From: a bacterium
Lineage (GTDB): Bacteria; Zhuqueibacterota; Zhuqueibacteria; Zhuqueibacterales; Zhuqueibacteraceae
Assembly: GCA_037445455.1 (NCBI GenBank)
Contig: JBBIKM010000007.1
Span: 366 to 64,365, forward strand
Reading direction: 5' to 3'
Length of the DNA stretch: 64,000 nucleotides
Shown: positions 47,493 through 56,194 of the stretch, in pieces
Layout: each line of letters starts with the position of its first letter
Position numbering within the stretch: position 1 is the first letter of the stretch
The notes under the pieces: model-generated
The model's input: only the letters and a program-made list of their open reading frames with translations
Databases searched by the model: none
Told to the model about the DNA's origin: nothing
Position numbers and translations under genes: made by a program

Positions 47493-50400
47493 ATGGTACC
47501 GATGAATTCCAAGCTGTGGCTGCGGCGGGTGTGGTGGTTGGGATTGATGGTGGCGGTCTTTGGCTTCGGCGCCGCCCAAGCCCAGACGAAAATCATGCCG
47601 CTGGGCAACTCGATCACCGAGGGCACCGGCTCCTCAAATAATGCCGGTTTTCGTTACTTTCTCTTCAATCTCCTGAGCAATGCCGGAACTTCGTTTGATT
47701 TTGTCGGCTCGCTGCAAGACGGCAGCGGTTTCCCGGACACCGAGCATGAGGGCCACAGCGGCTTTCGCGCCGAACAGTTGGACGTGACCACTTATCTCAC
47801 GCAACACAACCCCGACTACGTCCTGCTGGAAGTCGGCACCAATGACATTTCGCAAAATGACACGCCGGCGCAAGTGCGGGACGACATCGCCGCGATCCTG
47901 GACGCCATCCACGCCTACAATCCCGCCATCCGCACCTATCTTTCCACCGTGGTGCCGCGCAAGGACAATGCAGCGAAAGAGACGGCCACGCAAAACCTCA
48001 ATGCCCTGCTGCCCGCGCTGGTGAGCGCCAAAGTTGCCGCCGGGCACCAGGTGGTGTTGGTCGACAATCACGATCGCCTGACTGCCGATCCAAACTGGCA
48101 GACCACGCTCATGGCCGACAACCTTCATCCCAATGATGGCGGCTATGAGCTGATGGCCACCGAGTTCTTCAACGCCATCCAGGGCTATCAACCCGGGGTC
48201 GATGATTTTGCCGACGATTTCAACAGCGGTGTATTGAGCACGAACTGGACGGCGCATCCCGGTTTCCAGGTGCAAAGCAATCAACTCGTGAATACTTCCA
48301 CAGTCGACGCCTGGAACAACCACCTCGCCATCCCCAATGTCATCACCAATCCCAACGTTGTGGAATTCACCTACGGCAGTCTCTCCAATGCCGAGGGCCG
48401 CTATTTCACCGGCGTGGCGCTGCTGCTGGACAAGGCGGCCACGGATGCCAGCGGTTATCTGCTGTTGCGCAATGAAACCAGCGTGCGGTTGTTCACGATC
48501 GTGAACGGCGTGCCGGGCGCGAGCGTGGCAACTGTGGCCGGCACCGTGGCGACGCCGCCACAGGCCGGCGACCGGCTGCGGGTGGAATGGCGCAGCGATA
48601 GCAACGGCCATCACTTTGTCGTTTATCTGAACGATCAACTCGATGCGGTGGTGGACGACCCTGCCAGATTGCAGGGCAACGCGGTGACCACCTATGCCGG
48701 CATGATGGTGCACGGCAACACCACCGACGGCGTGGATGATTTTCATCTGTTCAAGCAGACCGACTCGACACCGCCGGCTTTTGTTTCGGATTTGTCTGCG
48801 ATCAACGTGACCTCCGCGACCGTGGAACTGCGCTGGCGCGCGCCGGGCGACGACGGTGACACCGGCACCGCCCGCTCCTATGACCTGCGTTACTCGACGG
48901 CGTTGATCACCGAAAGCAATTTCAACAGCGCCACACCAGTGGCCGGCGTGGGCAATCCCAAACCCGCGGGCAGCGTGGAGAATTTTACCGTGGGTGGCCT
49001 GCAGAGCGGCACGCGTTATTACTTTGCGCTGAAAAGCTCCGACGAAGTCGGCAACACCTCCGGCTTGTCAAATGTCGTGGCGGCGACGACGACTGCGCTG
49101 ACGCTGAGCAGCGACACGTTCGACCGGCCCGGCCCGAGTTTGGGCGCCAATTGGGCGGCAGATGCGCGGCTGCAGATCATCAACAACGAAGTGCAGCACA
49201 CCGCCACGATCGACATTTGGACGCCGGCCGTGTTCAAACTGGGCCGCAACGCGCAGGAAGTCAGCATCGTGTGGGGCGGGAATGCCACGGTCTACGGCGC
49301 GAATTTTTCCGGCGTGCTGGTGCTGGCCGACAGCTTCAACACCCGGCCGAACGGTTACATGATCCAGCACTCGAACGAGCGCGGCAAAACGCGGTTGTGG
49401 CGCATGCAAAACGGCAACCTGACGACGATGCTCGATGAGGGCAACGCCTTCGGTCCGAACACCAGGGCGGGCAGCGAGATGAAAGTCATCATCCGCAGGG
49501 AAGCCGCGGCGCACTTCTTTGATGTTTACATCAACGGCGTGTTTGACCGCACGCTCTCCGATCCCGCCAAGTTGGAGAACGGCTCGTACTCCGGTTTTGT
49601 GCTGGAGAGCACGCTGGGCGCGGAGAATGCCATCACGCGTTTTGCAGTCGGCGTGCTGCCGAGTTCGCCGGCCAAACTGCTGGTGGTGAGCGGCAACAAC
49701 CAGACGGGCCGGGTCAGACAGAAGCTGGCGAATCCTCTGAAGGTTTCGTTGTACGACAGCTTTGACAATCCCGTGCCGGGCGCAGAAGTCAACTTCACCG
49801 CGACGGTGGGGCAGGCCAGCTTCAGCCGGGCGGACAACAATATTCGCATCGAGGCAGAATCCGGCCAGATAACCGCGCCGATCGTGGTGCAGGATGATCC
49901 CGAAGCCTCAGGCGGCAAGTACATCGTATATCCGGTGCCACAAAATGAAGCCGGCTCGGCCGTGTACACGTTCAACATTCCGGTGAGCGGCACTTACTAC
50001 ATCTGGGCGCGCAATCTGACCCCGGGTGAGAGCGGCGCCAACTCCTGGACCGTGAGCGTCGATGGCGGCAATCCTTTCATCTATGACGTGTTTCAAGGCC
50101 AGCGTTCCAACACCTGGAAATGGGATTTGCTCAGCGAGCGCGGCACCGGCAATCCCTCCAATCCGCAATTCGACCCCAAGACTTTCGATTGGGCTGCCGG
50201 CACGCACACGCTCGTGGTCGAAGGCCGCTTCGATCGCGCCCGGCTCGACAAGTTCCTGATCACGCGCGACGCGAGCTACATTCCGCAAGACAAGGAGGAA
50301 GGCGGCAGCCGTACGGATGAAAACGGCATTGCCAGCACCGAGGTCATGCTCGGCACGCTCGCCGGTCCCATCAAAGTGGAGGCCCAGTTCGGCGGCCTGC

Positions 50401-53400
50401 TGCCGGCCCTGTTCAATTTGACCGCGCAGCCGGGCTTTCCGGGTGGCTTGGCACAGGCAACTGGCAGCGGGCAATCCGGCCCGGCCGGCCAGTTGCTGGC
50501 GCAGCCCTTCACGGTGGTGGTGACGGACAGTTTTGGCAATCCCACAGCGAACGGCCGCGTCTCCTGGGTCGTCACGGAAGGGAACGGCCAGCTTTCGAGC
50601 TATCGTGCCACCAGCGATTCCACCGGCAAAGTCGAAGTCGGTTTCGCGCCCGGCAACGGCAGCAGCCAGAACAAAGTGGTTGCGGCAGCGGCCTTCACCA
50701 ATCAACGCTTTGAGTTCACCGCGCAGACCACCAGCGGCGTGGCAACAGCCGCAGAGTTGGTGAGCGGTTCCAATCAAACCGGCGGCGTCGCCAGCACTTT
50801 GCCGGCGCCATTGGTGATGCGCGTTGCGGATGCCGGTGGCCAGCCAGTTGCGGGTTTTCCGGTTGAGTTTGAAACCGTGCGCGGCGGCGGCACGACCACC
50901 GGCCACAATGCCGTGGCGAACGGTGGCTTTGAGCGCGGGAATAATAATCTGCCCGGCCAGTGGACGCTGGAAGGCAGTCCCACCACCGACGAAGTCCGGC
51001 TGAATCCCAGCAACCCGCAAGCGGGCAGCCGCAGCGTGCTGGTCAATGCCAACCGCAATGCCGTGGGCGTGTCGCAGGTGATTTCGTACGCCGCCAACAC
51101 CAGCTACACGCTGACGTTTTGGGCAAAAGTCGACAGCGGCGTGCTGCGCGTGACCTGGCGCATGAATGATGCGGCCGGCAATCTGCAGGACACCATCGTC
51201 GATGTGACGCCGGAGGCCACCGCCGGCGCGTGGCGTCGCTACATGGTCACGGCCACCAATCAAGCGGCAGCCAATCGTCCGCTGTTTTTCCGCACGTTGA
51301 ACAGCGGAGAATTTCGTGTGGATGAAGTCAGCGTGGTGCGCAATACCGGCGCCGACGGCCGCCTGGCGGTGAACTGGACTTTGGGTGACACGGTGGGAAC
51401 GCAGCAGGTACGTGCCATGGCGCGCAATGCCAGCGGCACCAACTTGAGCGGCTCGCCGGTGTTGTTCACGGCCCAGGCCACGGTGGGCGCAGCCGCAAAG
51501 CTGGTGGAAGTTGGCGGCAACAATCAATTGGGCACCGCCGGTCAGCCGTTGGGTGCACCCCTGGTGGTGAAGGTGACGGACGTGGTGGGTAATCCCGTTT
51601 CCAACATCAGCGTGTTGTTTGAGGTGATTCAAGGGGGCGGCAATCTCGCCGGCGCAGCCACGGCCAATGCGGTGACCGATGCCCAGGGCCTGGCTCAGGC
51701 GGTTCTTACGCTGGGCACCAATCCGGCGGTGAGCAATCAGGTGCGCGCCAGCGCGACCGGCTTGACGGGCAGCCCGATCATCTTCACGGCGAGCATCGGC
51801 ACACCGGCCAGGCTTGCCAAGATCTCGGGCGACAATCAGGTGGGTACTGCTGGTTCTGCGGCGCCTGCCAATCTCGTGGTGAAGATCACAGATGCCGGCA
51901 ACAAAGCCATCTCAGGCGCCTCGGTGACGTTCACGGTGCAGCAGGGCAACGGTACGATTAACGGCAACAGCAACGCAATCCTGCGCACGGATGGCAACGG
52001 CGAGGCGCGCGCGACCTTTGTCCTCGGCCCGCTGGCCGGCGGTGAAAACCGCGTGCGGGCATCGGCCGAGTTCAACGGCCAGGCTTTGCAAGGCTCCCCG
52101 CAGAATTTTGTGGTGAAGGCGGCGGCGCTCAAGGAGATGGTGATCGCGGACGGGAACAATCAAGTTGGCCTCGCCGGCGAGCCGCTGGCGAATCCCCTGC
52201 GCGTCACGTTGCTGGATACCCTCAATCACGGCGTGCCGCAACAGCAGGTGACATTCACCGTGATCGAAGGCGGTGGCAAGCTCGACAACGGCAGCACCGC
52301 CAGCACGGTCAGCACGGATTCCACCGGCCGGGCGCAGGTGCGGCTCACGCTGGGTTCGCAAATCGGTACGAATAACAACAAAGTGCGGGCGCAGGCAGCG
52401 CTTCCGGTGCCGGGCTCCCCGCAGATTTTCCAGGCCAGCGCCCAAGTCGGCCCGCCGGCAGTGTTGAAGAAGATCGACGGTGACAGTCTCTCCGGTGTGG
52501 TGAACAATCCCCTGCCCAAGCCACTCGTGGTACAGGTGACGGATCGCGCCGGCAACCCGTTGTTCGGCGTCAATGTGGTCTTTGAGGTGCTGGAGGGCGG
52601 CGGCAATTTTGACGGCGTGACCAAAGACACGGTGACCACCAATGATCTCGGCCGCGCGCAAGTCACGCTGACGTTGGGCGCCACTTCGGGCCTGTACAAC
52701 AACAAAGTGCGGGCGCGTGCGTTCAACGGCTCGCTCGAGCTGCAAAACTCGCCGATGCTGTTCGTGGCCACGGCCGCGCCCAGCAGGGCGCGCGTGCTGG
52801 CGATCACGGCAGGCAACCGGCAGCAAGGGTTGGCGGGCGAGCCGCTGGCTGAGCCGTTGCGCGTGCGCGTGCTCGACATTCAGGGCAATCCGATCAAGGA
52901 TCATCCCGTGCGCTTCCGTTCCAGCGGCGCAGCCAACGGCACTTTTAGCGCCACCGGCACAACCGACACCACGGCCATCACCAATGCCAATGGCATCGCC
53001 GCCGTGACGTGGATCCTCGGCCGCTCGATCCTGCCGGACAGCCAGACGGTGATCGCAACCGCCAACGACGGTCTGCAGAACCTGCAAGGCTCGCCGGCAA
53101 CGTTCAAAGCAGCGGCTGTTGCCGGGCTGCCCAGCGCTGCAACGTCCAGCATCACCGCCACCGGGCCGGTGCCGGCCAACGGCCAGAGCCGCTCCACCAT
53201 CACCGTCACGGTGAAGGACAAGTTCGGCAATGTGATTGCAAACCAGCCGGTACAACTCATCGTCTCCGGCTCGAACAACAACATTCAACAAACCGGCAAC
53301 ACCGACGCGCAGGGTCGCGCCACCGGCTCGCTGGCCTCGACCAAAGCCGAGCTTAAGATCATCACCGCCAAAGTGGCCGGTGTGTATGAAATCAAGCCCG

Positions 53401-55790
53401 GCACCAGCGTGCGCTTCAACCCGCTGGCCGCCACGCAAATGGCGATTCGCAGCGGCCACAGCCAGACCGGCAACGTCAACACGGCGCTGTTGGAGCCGCT
53501 GAGCGTGCTGGTGACGGACCAATTCAACAACGGCGTGCCCAATGTGGCGGTGGAATTCAACGTCGAGGCCGGCGAGGGCCGTCTGCTCGGCCCGAACACG
53601 GTGGTGACCGACACCAATGGCGTGGCGGCGATCCAGTACGTGCTCGGCCCAAGCGTGACCGAGAATCGCGTGCGCGCCACTTCCACCGGCTTGCGGAATT
53701 CGCCGCTCATCTTCGTGCTTAATGCCGTCAACAATCCGGCGCGCAGCCTGCAACTGATTTCCGGCAACGGCCAAACCGGCGTGGTGCTGGAAGATCTGCT
53801 GCAGCCGCTGGTGGTGGGCGTGGTGGACAAGGACAACCGTCCGGTGGCCGGCAAGACCATCAAATTCGAAGTGACGTTCGGCGGCGGCCAGGTCAATGGC
53901 GGCCAGAGCGCGAACGTGAGCAGTGATGAATTTGGCCTGGCGAAAGTGGTCTGGCGCCTCGGGCCCAGTGCGGGCTTGAACGTTGCACGCGCGAGTGGCT
54001 CCAACTTGAACAATTCGCCGCTCGATTTCCAGGCGCAGGCGCGCACCGGCCGGCCCACCAGCCTCGTGCAAGTGAGCGGTGACGGCGCCGCCGGGCCGGT
54101 CAATCAGACTCTGGCCACGGCGCTGGTGGTGCGCGTGGTGGATGCCAACAGCAACGGCATCGACGGCGTGCCGGTGATTTTCGAGCTGATTCAGGGCACG
54201 GGCCAGCTTGCCAACGGCTTCGTCAACACCGCCAATGGCGGCTTTGCTTCCACGCAAATCACCTTTGATGGCGTGAGCGGCCCGCGCAAAATTCGCGCGA
54301 GTTCCAACGGGTTGACCAACTCACCGTTGTACTTCACGGTGACTGCCACGCCGAGCGCCGCCAGCCGGATGCAGGTGGTGGCGCGCACCAACAACCAGAG
54401 CGGTACCGCCGGTCTGCCGTTGAATTTTCCGCTGCAGACCAAGGTCACCGACGCGTACGGCAATGCGATTGCCGGCGTGCCGATCAGCTATGTGGTGAAG
54501 AAAGGCGGCGGCAATTTTGCGGGACAGGCGGCGGCCACGGTCATGACCAATGCGCAAGGCCTCGCGCAAATCCCGTGGACCGTTGGCCCCGGCGCCAATG
54601 AAGCCGAAGCCATCGGCACCGGCCTGACCGGCTCGCCGATCGAATTCAAGGCCACCGGCGTGATCGGCAACAACTTCCCGATCATCGTCGACGTGCCGGA
54701 TCAGCAAGCCGTGGAAGGCACGCGCATCGAATTTGTGATCAGTGCGGCGGATGCGGACAACGAGGCCATTCGCTACCGCGCGGCCAATCTGCCGCCCGGT
54801 GCGGTGTTCGACTCGCTCGGCACCCGCATCTTCACCTGGCAAACTGATCTCACCAGCGCCGGCCGTTATGAAGTCAGCTTCTTTGCGCGCGACTTGCGCG
54901 GCGGCCAGGACGAAGAGATCGTCGTCATCGAGGTGGCGAACCGCAATCAACCGCCGGTGATCGTCAGCCGCATTCCGGTCGGCGTGCCGGGCGCGCCGCA
55001 GGACACCACGGTGCTGAGCGGCAAGCTCACCATGCGCGTCAACGCGGTTGACCCCGACGGCGACGTGTTGAGCTATCGCTGGTACTTGAACGGCGAGCTG
55101 ACCAGCGCCATTACCAACACCTTTGAGTTCGACAGCAAGATTAAACTCAATGCGGTGGAAGCCTGGGTGTTCGATCTGGAAGACACGGTGCGCACGCGCT
55201 GGACGGTGCGCACGCCGGTGCAGCTCGAAACCTTCACCGCCACCGCGGTGGAGGGCAAGGGCGTGCGCCTGGAATGGGTCACCGCCGGCGAGACTGAGAA
55301 CGCCGGGTTCAACTTGCTGCGCAGCCGCAGCCGCGAGGGTGAGTATGAAAGCATCAATGTGCAGATCATTACCCCGAGCCTGGACGGCCGTTATTCCTAC
55401 CTCGACACCGAGGTCGAAGTCAACGCCCGTTACTTCTACAAGCTTGAGGACATCGATCTCAACGGCAACATTACCGTGCACGGCCCGGTGGAGATCACCG
55501 TGGCGCCGCCCGCGCGCTTCGACTTGGCGCAGAATTACCCGAACCCGTTCAACCCGTCCACCAACATCCGCTATCAACTGCCGCAGGAAACCCGGGTCAA
55601 GCTCGTGATCTACAACCTGATCGGTCAGGAAGTGCGCGAGCTGGTGAACACCATCATGCCGGCAGGTTATCACACCGCGGTGTGGGACGGCCGCGACCAG
55701 CGCGGCAAGCTGGTGCCCTCGGGCATCTACTACTATCGCCTCGAGGCCGGCGGCCAGGTGATGGTGAAACGCATGACGTTGCTGAAGTAA
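47493..55790 (+). CDS. Giant (2765 aa) secreted SGNH esterase / lectin-like / FN3 / Big_1 Ig-repeat protein with T9SS type A-like C-terminal domain
   Basis: Signal peptide; SGNH blocks GNSIT, HEGHSG, GTND and DNLH; two beta-sandwich modules; FN3; about 13 SG-NQ-G..L--PL-V-V-D--GNPV repeats; cadherin/He_PIG-like module; PVQLETF; LAQNYPNPFNPST..KRMTLLK. Confidence 0.9.
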   Translation: MVPMNSKLWLRRVWWLGLMVAVFGFGAAQAQTKIMPLGNSITEGTGSSNNAGFRYFLFNLLSNAGTSFDFVGSLQDGSGFPDTEHEGHSGFRAEQLDVTTYLTQHNPDYVLLEVGTNDISQNDTPAQVRDDIAAILDAIHAYNPAIRTYLSTVVPRKDNAAKETATQNLNALLPALVSAKVAAGHQVVLVDNHDRLTADPNWQTTLMADNLHPNDGGYELMATEFFNAIQGYQPGVDDFADDFNSGVLSTNWTAHPGFQVQSNQLVNTSTVDAWNNHLAIPNVITNPNVVEFTYGSLSNAEGRYFTGVALLLDKAATDASGYLLLRNETSVRLFTIVNGVPGASVATVAGTVATPPQAGDRLRVEWRSDSNGHHFVVYLNDQLDAVVDDPARLQGNAVTTYAGMMVHGNTTDGVDDFHLFKQTDSTPPAFVSDLSAINVTSATVELRWRAPGDDGDTGTARSYDLRYSTALITESNFNSATPVAGVGNPKPAGSVENFTVGGLQSGTRYYFALKSSDEVGNTSGLSNVVAATTTALTLSSDTFDRPGPSLGANWAADARLQIINNEVQHTATIDIWTPAVFKLGRNAQEVSIVWGGNATVYGANFSGVLVLADSFNTRPNGYMIQHSNERGKTRLWRMQNGNLTTMLDEGNAFGPNTRAGSEMKVIIRREAAAHFFDVYINGVFDRTLSDPAKLENGSYSGFVLESTLGAENAITRFAVGVLPSSPAKLLVVSGNNQTGRVRQKLANPLKVSLYDSFDNPVPGAEVNFTATVGQASFSRADNNIRIEAESGQITAPIVVQDDPEASGGKYIVYPVPQNEAGSAVYTFNIPVSGTYYIWARNLTPGESGANSWTVSVDGGNPFIYDVFQGQRSNTWKWDLLSERGTGNPSNPQFDPKTFDWAAGTHTLVVEGRFDRARLDKFLITRDASYIPQDKEEGGSRTDENGIASTEVMLGTLAGPIKVEAQFGGLLPALFNLTAQPGFPGGLAQATGSGQSGPAGQLLAQPFTVVVTDSFGNPTANGRVSWVVTEGNGQLSSYRATSDSTGKVEVGFAPGNGSSQNKVVAAAAFTNQRFEFTAQTTSGVATAAELVSGSNQTGGVASTLPAPLVMRVADAGGQPVAGFPVEFETVRGGGTTTGHNAVANGGFERGNNNLPGQWTLEGSPTTDEVRLNPSNPQAGSRSVLVNANRNAVGVSQVISYAANTSYTLTFWAKVDSGVLRVTWRMNDAAGNLQDTIVDVTPEATAGAWRRYMVTATNQAAANRPLFFRTLNSGEFRVDEVSVVRNTGADGRLAVNWTLGDTVGTQQVRAMARNASGTNLSGSPVLFTAQATVGAAAKLVEVGGNNQLGTAGQPLGAPLVVKVTDVVGNPVSNISVLFEVIQGGGNLAGAATANAVTDAQGLAQAVLTLGTNPAVSNQVRASATGLTGSPIIFTASIGTPARLAKISGDNQVGTAGSAAPANLVVKITDAGNKAISGASVTFTVQQGNGTINGNSNAILRTDGNGEARATFVLGPLAGGENRVRASAEFNGQALQGSPQNFVVKAAALKEMVIADGNNQVGLAGEPLANPLRVTLLDTLNHGVPQQQVTFTVIEGGGKLDNGSTASTVSTDSTGRAQVRLTLGSQIGTNNNKVRAQAALPVPGSPQIFQASAQVGPPAVLKKIDGDSLSGVVNNPLPKPLVVQVTDRAGNPLFGVNVVFEVLEGGGNFDGVTKDTVTTNDLGRAQVTLTLGATSGLYNNKVRARAFNGSLELQNSPMLFVATAAPSRARVLAITAGNRQQGLAGEPLAEPLRVRVLDIQGNPIKDHPVRFRSSGAANGTFSATGTTDTTAITNANGIAAVTWILGRSILPDSQTVIATANDGLQNLQGSPATFKAAAVAGLPSAATSSITATGPVPANGQSRSTITVTVKDKFGNVIANQPVQLIVSGSNNNIQQTGNTDAQGRATGSLASTKAELKIITAKVAGVYEIKPGTSVRFNPLAATQMAIRSGHSQTGNVNTALLEPLSVLVTDQFNNGVPNVAVEFNVEAGEGRLLGPNTVVTDTNGVAAIQYVLGPSVTENRVRATSTGLRNSPLIFVLNAVNNPARSLQLISGNGQTGVVLEDLLQPLVVGVVDKDNRPVAGKTIKFEVTFGGGQVNGGQSANVSSDEFGLAKVVWRLGPSAGLNVARASGSNLNNSPLDFQAQARTGRPTSLVQVSGDGAAGPVNQTLATALVVRVVDANSNGIDGVPVIFELIQGTGQLANGFVNTANGGFASTQITFDGVSGPRKIRASSNGLTNSPLYFTVTATPSAASRMQVVARTNNQSGTAGLPLNFPLQTKVTDAYGNAIAGVPISYVVKKGGGNFAGQAAATVMTNAQGLAQIPWTVGPGANEAEAIGTGLTGSPIEFKATGVIGNNFPIIVDVPDQQAVEGTRIEFVISAADADNEAIRYRAANLPPGAVFDSLGTRIFTWQTDLTSAGRYEVSFFARDLRGGQDEEIVVIEVANRNQPPVIVSRIPVGVPGAPQDTTVLSGKLTMRVNAVDPDGDVLSYRWYLNGELTSAITNTFEFDSKIKLNAVEAWVFDLEDTVRTRWTVRTPVQLETFTATAVEGKGVRLEWVTAGETENAGFNLLRSRSREGEYESINVQIITPSLDGRYSYLDTEVEVNARYFYKLEDIDLNGNITVHGPVEITVAPPARFDLAQNYPNPFNPSTNIRYQLPQETRVKLVIYNLIGQEVRELVNTIMPAGYHTAVWDGRDQRGKLVPSGIYYYRLEAGGQVMVKRMTLLK

Positions 55791-55814
55791 TTCGCCGGCT
55801 CATCCTTTCACATC

Positions 55815-55860
55815 AAAAGAAAATCCCACCGCAGCTTCGGTTGCGGTGGGATTTTCTTTT
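55815..55860. terminator. Bidirectional rho-independent terminator
   Basis: AAAAGAAAATCCCACCGCA / TGCGGTGGGATTTTCTTTT with A/T tails on both sides, between convergent genes. Confidence 0.9.
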
Positions 55861-56194
55861 GTGAAGCGAGAAATGTTTGAGTTTTGCCGTTACAGGAGGG
55901 AAGCTCTTCAGCGTCGGATCGATAGCCATCGCCCGGGCGCTGACTTGTGGCGGAAATTGCCGCTCAGGAACGACTTGCATCTGCCCGGCGAGCGCGTGTG
56001 CGGGGCTTGTTGTGCGCACGGTTTGCCGGGCGCGCAAACGATGTCCGCCGGCAACCAAAACCATCGGCGCGGACGACACGAGAAAAACCAGCAGGCGTGG
56101 CCTTGCGCGCAACCTTGCCGCCTGCGCTGGCTGCCCTGAGCAACGGCAGCAGATGGCAGCCTGCAACGTTCGAGAACAAACCGCTGCGGCGCGC

